A stretch of DNA of 31,943 bases from positions 1-31,943 of IMG/VR virus record IMGVR_UViG_3300006029_000037; one strand, given 5' to 3'. The notes under the pieces are model-generated. The model was not told where the DNA came from. It saw nothing but the letters and a program-made list of their open reading frames with translations, and made no database searches. Origin of the DNA: a virus (taxonomy: Duplodnaviria; Caudoviricetes). The first letter of the stretch is position 1. The number at the start of each line of letters is the position of its first letter. Both the position numbers and the translations under genes were made by a program. This document shows, in pieces, positions 7,313 through 15,387 of the stretch.

Positions 7313-7852
7313 CTACTTCTTCTTATAAGACTCTAATGCTTTAGCAAACTTATCACCAGTTCTAAAGCCTATGTATGCCCAAGCTGGAGATGAAAGGAAT
7401 CCTGCTAGGTATACATTAAATATATCAGAGTTAGGATTAAAGGCTGTAAACAACCAACACCCTAAGCAATAGGCTACTGTAGCATTCCAAGATTGTCTAG
7501 CCATGCGAGGACGTGTGTGGCGTACATACTCATCATCTGCATTATCACCTTGACGTATAGTATCTTGAGTCTGTTTATGCTCCTCTTGAGAGTCACCTAT
7601 TTTAGAGAGTATAAGATCATTCTCTAGCCGCTTCATTTCAAGTTTAAATGTATTATCAGCTTTCTTAATCTCAGCCATTAACTCAGGACTAGCACCATTG
7701 ATAGCAACCTCTGCACCTGACAATGTACTGATATCTTGGCCTACTACATCTGATATAGCTTTCATAGCTAATGTAGGTAGTGTAGCACCTCCTGACAACA
7801 CTGCTCCCGCAATATGAGGAGCATACTCTTTTAACTTACTTATCCAATTCAT
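7313..7852 (-). CDS. holin-like protein (3TM GTA-holin type C-terminus)
   Basis: N-terminal AP.IAGAVL..G amphipathic segment, coiled region, then VRHTRP + hydrophobic helices + YIGFRT.DK, a pattern typical of holin_3TM family proteins. Confidence 0.6.
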   Translation of the reverse strand: MNWISKLKEYAPHIAGAVLSGGATLPTLAMKAISDVVGQDISTLSGAEVAINGASPELMAEIKKADNTFKLEMKRLENDLILSKIGDSQEEHKQTQDTIRQGDNADDEYVRHTRPRMARQSWNATVAYCLGCWLFTAFNPNSDIFNVYLAGFLSSPAWAYIGFRTGDKFAKALESYKKK

Positions 7853-8196
7853 ATAAACTCCTCTGGGTATTCTGCTTTATGCGCTTTATAGCAATGTAAT
7901 GGATCATTGAAAAGCCAATTGATTAGCTTCTCAAAAGGGTATATATAAGAAGAGGAAAGATTAGCCTCCCTCTCCTTCCAAGCTTTCCTACCTGTAACAC
8001 CGCTAACAGTTTTATATGTAGTTCCGTACAGAGTAGAAGCTGCCATCACATCTATACCGTGTGCTATAGCAAAGATGTATTTAGATAGAGACTTAGTATC
8101 ACATATCTTATATAGTAAGTTCCTTATAAAGATTAAAGGGAGTAGTAGAACAGATGCTGCTATTGCCAATAATAGTAATCCTAAGTTTCTAATCAT
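7849..8196 (-). CDS. hypothetical membrane-associated phage protein
   Basis: N-terminal TM, then ID..A..LYG...TVSG..G and INWLF...HC, a recurrent phage protein pattern near lysis genes. Confidence 0.7.
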   Translation of the reverse strand: MIRNLGLLLLAIAASVLLLPLIFIRNLLYKICDTKSLSKYIFAIAHGIDVMAASTLYGTTYKTVSGVTGRKAWKEREANLSSSYIYPFEKLINWLFNDPLHCYKAHKAEYPEEFI

Positions 8197-8198
8197 TA

Positions 8199-8639
8199 TT
8201 ATCCACCTTGTAAGGCTGTAATATACTCGACAAAGATTCTATCTACTTCAGTACTACCAAAGGCCAGAGTAGCTTCTAAGTCTTCCCTGCTAACCAGAGT
8301 AGGTTGATCATCCTTAACAATCCAAAGTCTAGTTTCTAATGGTGCTAACATATTAATAGCAGAAGTCATTATGATATAGTCAGAAGCATAGTCTGGATGA
8401 CGTATCTGAATCTGCGCCCCATCAGAAGGACGGACGTATGTGATATCTGCCAGTGCTGCGTTACGAATTTCTAACGGAGTTAGAACAGGTATATAATCAT
8501 CCCAACCTGAGCCGCTCCATGTATCAAGTCCATGATTAGGTGGTGTCGCAACCTCAATAGCCCCAGCAGGCGGCAAAGCACCCTCAAAAGCTCCCAAATA
8601 ACTACCTTGATCATCTACGAAATATTTTACTGTATTCAT
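8199..8639 (-). CDS. tail fibre assembly chaperone-like protein
   Basis: Start moved to ATG 8639 (ATGA overlap with the fibre stop). KYFVD..GSYLG.F...EV..PP....W.G.GW followed by a helical DUF4376-like C-terminus. Lies directly downstream of the fibre gene. Confidence 0.7.
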   Translation of the reverse strand: MNTVKYFVDDQGSYLGAFEGALPPAGAIEVATPPNHGLDTWSGSGWDDYIPVLTPLEIRNAALADITYVRPSDGAQIQIRHPDYASDYIIMTSAINMLAPLETRLWIVKDDQPTLVSREDLEATLAFGSTEVDRIFVEYITALQGG

Positions 8640-9541
8640 GCGTATGCCCTCACATATAATTCCCATCTAGCGTTAGATAAAGCTCCACCAGTACCAGTGG
8701 TTTTATTAAGCGCATTAAAAACGCTAGAGGAAGACCCCATTCTTATGGTTAAATTAGTCGCATCAGGAACACATGACAGTCCAATCGAACTTGTGGTCGT
8801 CGTTGAACTGTGGTCGCCGCCCACGACAAGCCTATCTCCTATTGAATACCCATCCTCCGCCGTTGTGCATTGAATTGTAAACTGTAGAACCTTGGGCTCA
8901 ACCCCAAGTCCGTGCGCTAGAGTTAAAAGACTTGCAGACGTAACGGTTTGCGCTGCACTCTCGTACTCTAAAGAAAATATACTCGCTGTGGCAACCCCTG
9001 TTTCAAGCCGCGTAACACTAACAGTAGAAGAAGTTAAACGCCTAATTTTAAACGTTGCCGCTCCTCCATTAACAACCATGTTTTCGACTAACGTTACGCC
9101 AACACCAGCGGCGATAGTCACATCGAAGGGTGCTAAGTTAATCACCGTAAACTCAAAACTGCTATTATCTACACTTCCGGCCATCGCGGCTATAATATTC
9201 GCTGCTGTATCAGTAGTCTGTATTCTTGCAACAGTAGGGGTGATAGTAAATTCACCGCCGATTAACTGCGCCGCCGTAAGTGTTGCCGCTGCATCCGATA
9301 ATGGCGTGTTGCTTGTAATTGTTGATATAGGGCCGGTAAATGCTGCGCCTGTCAGATCGGCCTTTGATGAGATATCTGTAGCTATCAAGTCTTCTACATA
9401 CGTATCCAACTGTGCTAAAGGTATCCTTACATTCTCTGCACCCTCGTAACCTACTAGATGTTCAATAGCTGAAACTACTGAACTGACAGGCAGGTCTGTA
9501 CTTTTCCTAGTGGTAATAGGTAGTGATGTGATTTCACCCAT
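8636..9541 (-). CDS. tail fibre / receptor-binding protein
   Basis: T/A/S-rich 301 aa with GAAFTGP, the HGLGVEP motif and a C-terminal WELYVRAYA typical of fibre tip domains. Lies after the baseplate genes. Confidence 0.75.
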   Translation of the reverse strand: MGEITSLPITTRKSTDLPVSSVVSAIEHLVGYEGAENVRIPLAQLDTYVEDLIATDISSKADLTGAAFTGPISTITSNTPLSDAAATLTAAQLIGGEFTITPTVARIQTTDTAANIIAAMAGSVDNSSFEFTVINLAPFDVTIAAGVGVTLVENMVVNGGAATFKIRRLTSSTVSVTRLETGVATASIFSLEYESAAQTVTSASLLTLAHGLGVEPKVLQFTIQCTTAEDGYSIGDRLVVGGDHSSTTTTSSIGLSCVPDATNLTIRMGSSSSVFNALNKTTGTGGALSNARWELYVRAYA

Positions 9542-9561
9542 TTATTTCTCCTTAAAATTAT

Positions 9562-9918
9562 TTAAACAGTCTTTCTAAAGACATTATTTGTTTCACCAGC
9601 TAAAGACTGTGTACCTACCAAAACCCATGTGCCGCCCAATCTCTCGCTTATCTCTGTAGCATTCTCTGCTGTAGTAGTGGTGTGTGTATCTCCTACTATG
9701 TATCTATCGTTGAGATGTTTAATCCATCTGAAAGCTACATTGAACATGTAGTTTAAATACTGCCTAGCCCAATTCTCTTTATACTTCATACCACTTAGCT
9801 GAACCTCTAAGCTAGGTATTTTCTTATTAAGAAGTGCTATAAGATTTCCGTCATTGTTTATATCTTCCAACTCTGTGACGTTATTTGTAGCCCATTGGAA
9901 GTCTTCTGGTTGTGCCAT
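9562..9918 (-). CDS. short tail-fibre attachment / N-terminal adaptor protein
   Basis: MAQP...WAT...SG.K...RQYLNYMFN...WIKHL resembles the baseplate-attachment N-terminus of myovirus fibres, followed by a LGGTW short domain. Confidence 0.65.
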   Translation of the reverse strand: MAQPEDFQWATNNVTELEDINNDGNLIALLNKKIPSLEVQLSGMKYKENWARQYLNYMFNVAFRWIKHLNDRYIVGDTHTTTTAENATEISERLGGTWVLVGTQSLAGETNNVFRKTV

Positions 9919-9929
9919 TTTTATAACTC

Positions 9930-10709
9930 CTATGCTATTCCAATTTGATATTCTAGTAAATCGCCATTCTCTAATGCTAAAGCATTGCCATTTTCTAATA
10001 TAATGATACCCGCCTCTCCATAGAATGTATTAGCGTCTATGATGTCGCACATGGGGTTTATACTTTCAGTTTGTACATCCTCTGGTAAGTAACTCTTACC
10101 TCCTGAAGAGATGTTGTTATCACCTGAGTAGGACAATGTGTACTCAGTGCCTCCACTATCTACTATGAAGATATCTTCATTCTCGAACACTGCTACATAT
10201 TCTTTCTCTATAATCTCAGAGCCTACAAAAGAGTCTCCTTCATCATCAAACATTAGCTCCGTACCTACGCCAGCAGCAGCAGACTGATTAAGTATCACGG
10301 CTAAAGAATGGCTTGGGCCTCTATCTATATAAGCATGGAAAGATGCTGGGTAATGTTCAAATATATTAGGGATAGGGCTTCCAGAGATAGAAGATAGAAT
10401 ATCCAATATGACAGGTATAGTCCCATCTGAATTACTAATAGCTATACGTCTTAGAATAGCAGCCCTATAAGGTTCATCTAACTTACCTTGCCTAGCCTCC
10501 CCCTCGTTGTTACCTACGACATCTAGTTGCGCGGCGGCGGCTGTAGAGATGCTACGCTCTCTTAATAACCTGAAAACAACATCTTCTATATTCTGGGCTT
10601 CTCTTAGGTAAGACTCTAGAATACCCCTATAGATGGGTTTATCTTTCCAAAAGTCTATTAGATACCCTAAGCCCTCCTCTACTAAATCTTTAGGTTGTAT
10701 TTCTGCCAC
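9930..10709 (-). CDS. baseplate wedge protein (DUF2612-like)
   Basis: I.TA...QLDVVG...R....DE.YR..I...I..N.SDGT...PA motif. Follows baseplate J. Confidence 0.8.
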   Translation of the reverse strand: MAEIQPKDLVEEGLGYLIDFWKDKPIYRGILESYLREAQNIEDVVFRLLRERSISTAAAAQLDVVGNNEGEARQGKLDEPYRAAILRRIAISNSDGTIPVILDILSSISGSPIPNIFEHYPASFHAYIDRGPSHSLAVILNQSAAAGVGTELMFDDEGDSFVGSEIIEKEYVAVFENEDIFIVDSGGTEYTLSYSGDNNISSGGKSYLPEDVQTESINPMCDIIDANTFYGEAGIIILENGNALALENGDLLEYQIGIA

Positions 10710-12158
10710 TTAAACCTCCGTAGTAGTAATATCTACCAATGTAGTACTGCCAAACTCTGATTCGCCTATTGGCAATACTGTAGTTTGCCAGCTACCACCA
10801 TCAGGTGCATCACCTTGTGTAGCAATCTGCTGTACACTCACTGTGAGAGCTGCTAATGCACCTACAGTATTAATAATAGTGCCATAGTAACTTACAGGTG
10901 TAATATCTTGGCCTAAGATTAAAGTATCTGTATAATCTTTTACAGCTTGTTTAATCAAATCTTCGCCATCTATAGGGAAGGTAGTTTCACCATGTTTAGT
11001 ATATTCTACTAGGAATGCTAAGTTGATAGAAGTAGGTCTGGTTATGTAAACAGTTTTAGCATTGCCATACTTATCTTCTGTAACTACAGGAGTATTGCCT
11101 ACTGACTCTATACCAGCAGGTTTAGCTGTCAACACGGCCTTACCTATATCAGCATCTAAGCCGCCCTGTACAATAGTCTCGAAACTATGGGGGTTACGCC
11201 CATCTCCATCTACTGTACTTAAATCGTTATCAATAACTTTAGCTATAATCACTCCATCTACTAAGCTGGTATCATCTTGTATAGCTTCTACGGTAGCCTT
11301 ACCTGATGAACTCTGAGTGGTTTGTATTCTTAACCTGTACGCTTCGTCAGTTTCTTTCTCCCTGCCTAATGTGTAGGCTATAGGGTTAGTAGTGATTACA
11401 CTAGAAGATGTAACCATTCTAGTCACACTATTACTAGGCGCATTAACACTACCACTTACTACAGACTCTACATACCCTATAACTGTTACGCCCTGTGATA
11501 TCATATAAGCTACTACAGATGTTGAGAATGGTGTATTATCTGTAGATGTAATAACTAAGTAGGTGTTGTCTGTATCTAATGTAGCAGCAAAGGTTGTAGG
11601 ACTTGTAGCATCAATACTAGCTTTAAGTCCTGTAATTATTTCTAAGGCTGTAGCATCTGCATCACTCGTGTATGTATAACCTGTGTCGCCTATGTTAACC
11701 TGATAGAGTGTAGTGTCTAGTACGTCTGTAATAGAGTATTCAACTCTGACACTTTCAGTGGTAGATACATTAATAATAGCTGTAGTGTTAAACCTATCTA
11801 ATGTAACTGGGTTTTCTAGTACAGTCCCAGAGGGGATGATAAAACCATTCTGCTCTGTAAACCATTGTGCAGCAGTAAAAGATTTAGTAGCTGCCTGTCT
11901 AGGTATTAACTTAGTAGCTCCAATATCATCTAAACTAGAACCTTCTGCTTTAAGAAGATTCTGACTATTAACTACAGCCTCTAGAGCCTCTTCTAATGCT
12001 GCAAACTGTAGTGCCATGATGTTAGTTTGTTGACCAAACCCTTCGTCATCTCTTACACTTATATTAGGATTTACTAATTCCTGATAAGACTCTACTAGGC
12101 TGTCTACTACCTCTGGTTGTCGTCTTATGACTAAACCTTCTGATGTTAATTCTGCCAT
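10710..12158 (-). CDS. baseplate J-like wedge protein
   Basis: AEG.SLD, G...ETDEAYRLR, PHS.E.IV.GG, KPAGI motifs. Confidence 0.9.
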   Translation of the reverse strand: MAELTSEGLVIRRQPEVVDSLVESYQELVNPNISVRDDEGFGQQTNIMALQFAALEEALEAVVNSQNLLKAEGSSLDDIGATKLIPRQAATKSFTAAQWFTEQNGFIIPSGTVLENPVTLDRFNTTAIINVSTTESVRVEYSITDVLDTTLYQVNIGDTGYTYTSDADATALEIITGLKASIDATSPTTFAATLDTDNTYLVITSTDNTPFSTSVVAYMISQGVTVIGYVESVVSGSVNAPSNSVTRMVTSSSVITTNPIAYTLGREKETDEAYRLRIQTTQSSSGKATVEAIQDDTSLVDGVIIAKVIDNDLSTVDGDGRNPHSFETIVQGGLDADIGKAVLTAKPAGIESVGNTPVVTEDKYGNAKTVYITRPTSINLAFLVEYTKHGETTFPIDGEDLIKQAVKDYTDTLILGQDITPVSYYGTIINTVGALAALTVSVQQIATQGDAPDGGSWQTTVLPIGESEFGSTTLVDITTTEV

Positions 12159-12174
12159 TACTCCTCCTAATTAA

Positions 12175-12567
12175 TTAAAGCACTGTAAGAGATAAGACAT
12201 TATCCACTCTAATAGTACTACCTTCATTTGTAATAGCTTCAAAGGATATTGATAACTCCCTAGTGGGCTTATCTAATACACTCTCATAGGAAGTTATCTC
12301 TGTGATATTCTCTCTGTTTAATATATCCTCTTTAATATAAGAATCTATTAATCGCTTATCTGTTTTGCCTAGTAGTTTGATATTATTGTTAGCATTCTCT
12401 AACCAAGGGATGCCAGCCAAGATGTTGAAGTCCCACTCCCCTCTATATGTAGAGAGGCTAATAAGAACTTGCTGTCTGCTGGATTGCCCTATGTTATCTG
12501 TAAACTGGACAACACCATTAATGAGTGTCACATCTCCGTTATTGTTTAATAAGTAATCTACACTCAT
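12175..12567 (-). CDS. baseplate wedge / sheath initiator (gp25-like)
   Basis: L.TYRGEW.F....GIPW motif. Lies between the spike and J genes. Confidence 0.8.
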   Translation of the reverse strand: MSVDYLLNNNGDVTLINGVVQFTDNIGQSSRQQVLISLSTYRGEWDFNILAGIPWLENANNNIKLLGKTDKRLIDSYIKEDILNRENITEITSYESVLDKPTRELSISFEAITNEGSTIRVDNVLSLTVL

Positions 12568-13319
12568 GGGACTACTCCGTTTGTATTAACTTGAGAATCA
12601 CCCGCACTGTCATTACCTTGTGAATGTACGTGATCCTTACCTATACCTGTCCCTGTTTGGGAAAGGCTAGTAGCATCTAAGGCTATACTTGGCGCAGTTT
12701 GTGTTATACTTGTAGCAGTAGTTTCCTGAGTACCTGATAGTGTAGCTACTTTGTTAACTGCATTGTAAGTCTCATTGCCACCTATATTAACTATCTTATT
12801 ACCAGATATATTCTCTATGTAATCACCACTAACATCTAACTGCACATTACCTGTAGGCTTCATCTTCCAGCTACTATTAGCAAACTTAATCTCTACGTCT
12901 GTAGGGTTTGGTTTCAATGTAGTAGATGTAGTAGGACAGCCAGCAGTGGCAAAACAATCTGTTATAGCAAACTTACGTTTATCATTAGGAGTAAGAGGGG
13001 TTGTACCATCGCTCTCTAAGTATGTGTCTAAACCTTGCTTACTAAACTCTAACTTAACCTTATCCCCTACTTTAATAGGTACTGATATTAATGCTCCCCC
13101 GCCTTCAGTGAGACACACTGTTACAGCATATATAACTGGAAGCTGTATAGCCTCATTATCATCATCAAAATAGTTAATGAGAGGTTGGACATCTATTTGT
13201 TGTTTACTTTGATACTGAGATACACTGACAACTCTGGCGGGTATAGTAAGATTAATATTACTATATACAAACTCTTTAACTAGGTTATTGACTGTATCTT
13301 CAAACGTCTTATCTGTCAT
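12564..13319 (-). CDS. baseplate central spike (gp138-like)
   Basis: N-terminal PARV...DVQPL...LP...PIKVGD OB-fold pattern, beta-helix-like repeats, C-terminal HVH (HxH metal-binding tip). Confidence 0.85.
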   Translation of the reverse strand: MTDKTFEDTVNNLVKEFVYSNINLTIPARVVSVSQYQSKQQIDVQPLINYFDDDNEAIQLPVIYAVTVCLTEGGGALISVPIKVGDKVKLEFSKQGLDTYLESDGTTPLTPNDKRKFAITDCFATAGCPTTSTTLKPNPTDVEIKFANSSWKMKPTGNVQLDVSGDYIENISGNKIVNIGGNETYNAVNKVATLSGTQETTATSITQTAPSIALDATSLSQTGTGIGKDHVHSQGNDSAGDSQVNTNGVVP

Positions 13320-13320
13320 A

Positions 13321-14376
13321 TTATAATACCGTTGTTTTTACTATGGTATCCCATGTATTACCTTCAAAGTCTAAGTCATGTGTAATACTGGCTATTGGGT
13401 AAGTACCCCACCAATCTTCTTCTCCACTACGGATGTCAACAGCCATATTAGTAAGTATCCTGCCATTTAAGAACGTCCTAGCTAGTATGCCAGTATTACC
13501 TTCTTTACTGCCCTGCTTAGATGCTGAACTATCTGAATATTTCTGAAGAGGAGCTTTCAATGTTTGTTCTTCTAGTATAAAAGTTTCATACTTCTTAGCA
13601 GTGCCTTTAGGTTCTACATACATCTTACCCATTGCTGTGTAGAATGTGTAATCAACACTATCACAAAACTTTTGTATCTCTTCAAATAGGTTTCCAGATA
13701 CACTATATCCGTAAGGGTATAACTCTTTAAGAGGGCTAGAAAAACCTTCTATATCTTCTTGTACTTTACCTAGGGGGACATAACTAGCTTTTGCAACCTC
13801 CAACATATCGTCCAACACTTGCCTTCTACTTGTATTAGGAGGCCACGATTTAGATATCTTTACACTCTTCCTTGGAAGTACATTATCTCCACATATTATC
13901 TCTGTTGTCATCGTAGTGTGGTCACTACTTCTCTTAGTCTCAACCTTAGTTATCTGTGCTGCTAGTATTAAAGGAAGTTCTTCATAAGGAGTGTCTCTAG
14001 AATCTCTATCTAGCTTATAACCAGCTCTAAGGAATATAAAATCATTAACTCTTATCTGATTCTTAGTGTTCTCTGTTAGATTATCTAAAGATATAGTTGA
14101 GTATTGATTTCCACCTTTACTTCCAGTTTTCTTATACAAAACCTTAGCCTTCATGCTAAAGTCTCTTATCTCTAAGAAGTTCTCTGGTACAGACCTGTAA
14201 TCCCCTATGCCTATACCTCCTGAAGTATCACCTATGGAGCTTTCGATTACTTTTGTAGCTGCAAGGTATCTGGGGATACGTACTTTTGCTATACTAGATG
14301 GGACAGATTGGAATATAAAGTTAGAAGGTCTTCCTATAATTAAGGAATACCTCCTGTCAAATATCTCATAAGACAT
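13321..14376 (-). CDS. baseplate hub protein
   Basis: FDRRYSLIIG start, I.L.NL, L.AGY, C-terminal Y.I.SITH...G..W pattern, and position. Confidence 0.8.
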   Translation of the reverse strand: MSYEIFDRRYSLIIGRPSNFIFQSVPSSIAKVRIPRYLAATKVIESSIGDTSGGIGIGDYRSVPENFLEIRDFSMKAKVLYKKTGSKGGNQYSTISLDNLTENTKNQIRVNDFIFLRAGYKLDRDSRDTPYEELPLILAAQITKVETKRSSDHTTMTTEIICGDNVLPRKSVKISKSWPPNTSRRQVLDDMLEVAKASYVPLGKVQEDIEGFSSPLKELYPYGYSVSGNLFEEIQKFCDSVDYTFYTAMGKMYVEPKGTAKKYETFILEEQTLKAPLQKYSDSSASKQGSKEGNTGILARTFLNGRILTNMAVDIRSGEEDWWGTYPIASITHDLDFEGNTWDTIVKTTVL

Positions 14377-14378
14377 AT

Positions 14379-14732
14379 CTACACCAACCCTAGTTCTTCA
14401 TTTGTTAAATAGAATAAGCCATACTCTTTGTTCAGACCTACGTTTGCCAGTGTAGCTACATTAGTACTACGCCCACCTCTTCTCAAACATAGTATATCTC
14501 CTGTCAGGAAACCGTCTAGAAGATACCTAGCCAATAAGGACTGGCTTTCCATCACCTTCACGCCAGCTTTAATGAGAGTATCTTCTGTGTATATGTCGAA
14601 GTATAACCTGCCAGAACCATTCTCATCTCTCTCCCTAGAACTCTCCCTGAAGACGATATCATAAGACACTCCAGACAGGGTTACATTCACCTCAGAGTAG
14701 GATATACTTGGTACTGGTATCTCTATAGCCAT
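14379..14732 (-). CDS. baseplate protein (DUF6983-like)
   Basis: 117 aa, EIPV...VTLSG..Y...Y.DI...G...LFY...EE pattern, and position before the hub gene. Confidence 0.7.
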   Translation of the reverse strand: MAIEIPVPSISYSEVNVTLSGVSYDIVFRESSRERDENGSGRLYFDIYTEDTLIKAGVKVMESQSLLARYLLDGFLTGDILCLRRGGRSTNVATLANVGLNKEYGLFYLTNEELGLV

Positions 14733-14758
14733 TCTTAATTACCTTTATTATAGAAACC

Positions 14759-14773
14759 TCTCCCTAATGGGAG
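14759..14773 (-). terminator. short hairpin, possible weak terminator
   Basis: CTCCC-ATTA-GGGAG on the - strand followed by AGGTTTCT. The U-tract is weak. Confidence 0.3.
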
Positions 14774-14790
14774 TATCGGATTGGGTGGGT

Positions 14791-15387
14791 TTAAGGTGCA
14801 TCAGCATTCTCAGTTTGTACATTGCCAAGTGCGCGATCTATCTCTCCATTTACTACCAAACTATTAAACTCCTCCTCACTCACCTTACTCGTGGAGCTGG
14901 ATTTCTTACTTTTAGTTGCAACACTAGCCTCTGCTACAGAGGATGGTTTAGCAACAGATGTAGCACCTTGTGCAAACCTAGTCTTCTGCAATGTAAAATT
15001 AACATTGAAAGCATTAAGCCCATTGCCAGCTCTACCTTGGTCTAAGTCTTGCTTATGGCTGAAGGTTGTAAAGTAGCAATTACTATCTGGTGGTTGGATA
15101 TCACTATAGAATACACGTATAGGTGTTTTATTAATCTGTGCGCGTTTCAATCCATCTAGATACTGCTCTGGTTTTATATCAAAGTTAGAGCCTGAGAATG
15201 TTGATATATCTGTTATAATACCAGAGAATGATAGTATAACTGGCCTGACTACATAGTTATCTGAACGGTAAACACCATCCTCAGTTAGAGAGTTAGATAA
15301 AGCTCCATCTGAGTTTCTAGTTATACTGGTGGTTGCATTCATAGAATATATAGTACCACCTTCCACTTCTAAATAGAATATGGACAT
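14791..15387 (-). CDS. tail tube initiator / Dit-like baseplate protein
   Basis: E.G...SDN....P..LSFSGII pattern. Coupled to the TMP by TAATG. Confidence 0.7.
   Translation of the reverse strand: MSIFYLEVEGGTIYSMNATTSITRNSDGALSNSLTEDGVYRSDNYVVRPVILSFSGIITDISTFSGSNFDIKPEQYLDGLKRAQINKTPIRVFYSDIQPPDSNCYFTTFSHKQDLDQGRAGNGLNAFNVNFTLQKTRFAQGATSVAKPSSVAEASVATKSKKSSSTSKVSEEEFNSLVVNGEIDRALGNVQTENADAP

Noticed and set aside
8532-9449. 113-aa and 185-aa + strand ORFs
   Set aside because: Antisense to the tail fibre and chaperone genes. Expected from codon bias in T/A/V-rich genes.
8199-9541. Diversity-generating retroelement or invertible fibre cassette
   Set aside because: No second copy of the fibre 3' end, no reverse transcriptase and no invertase were seen in the window.
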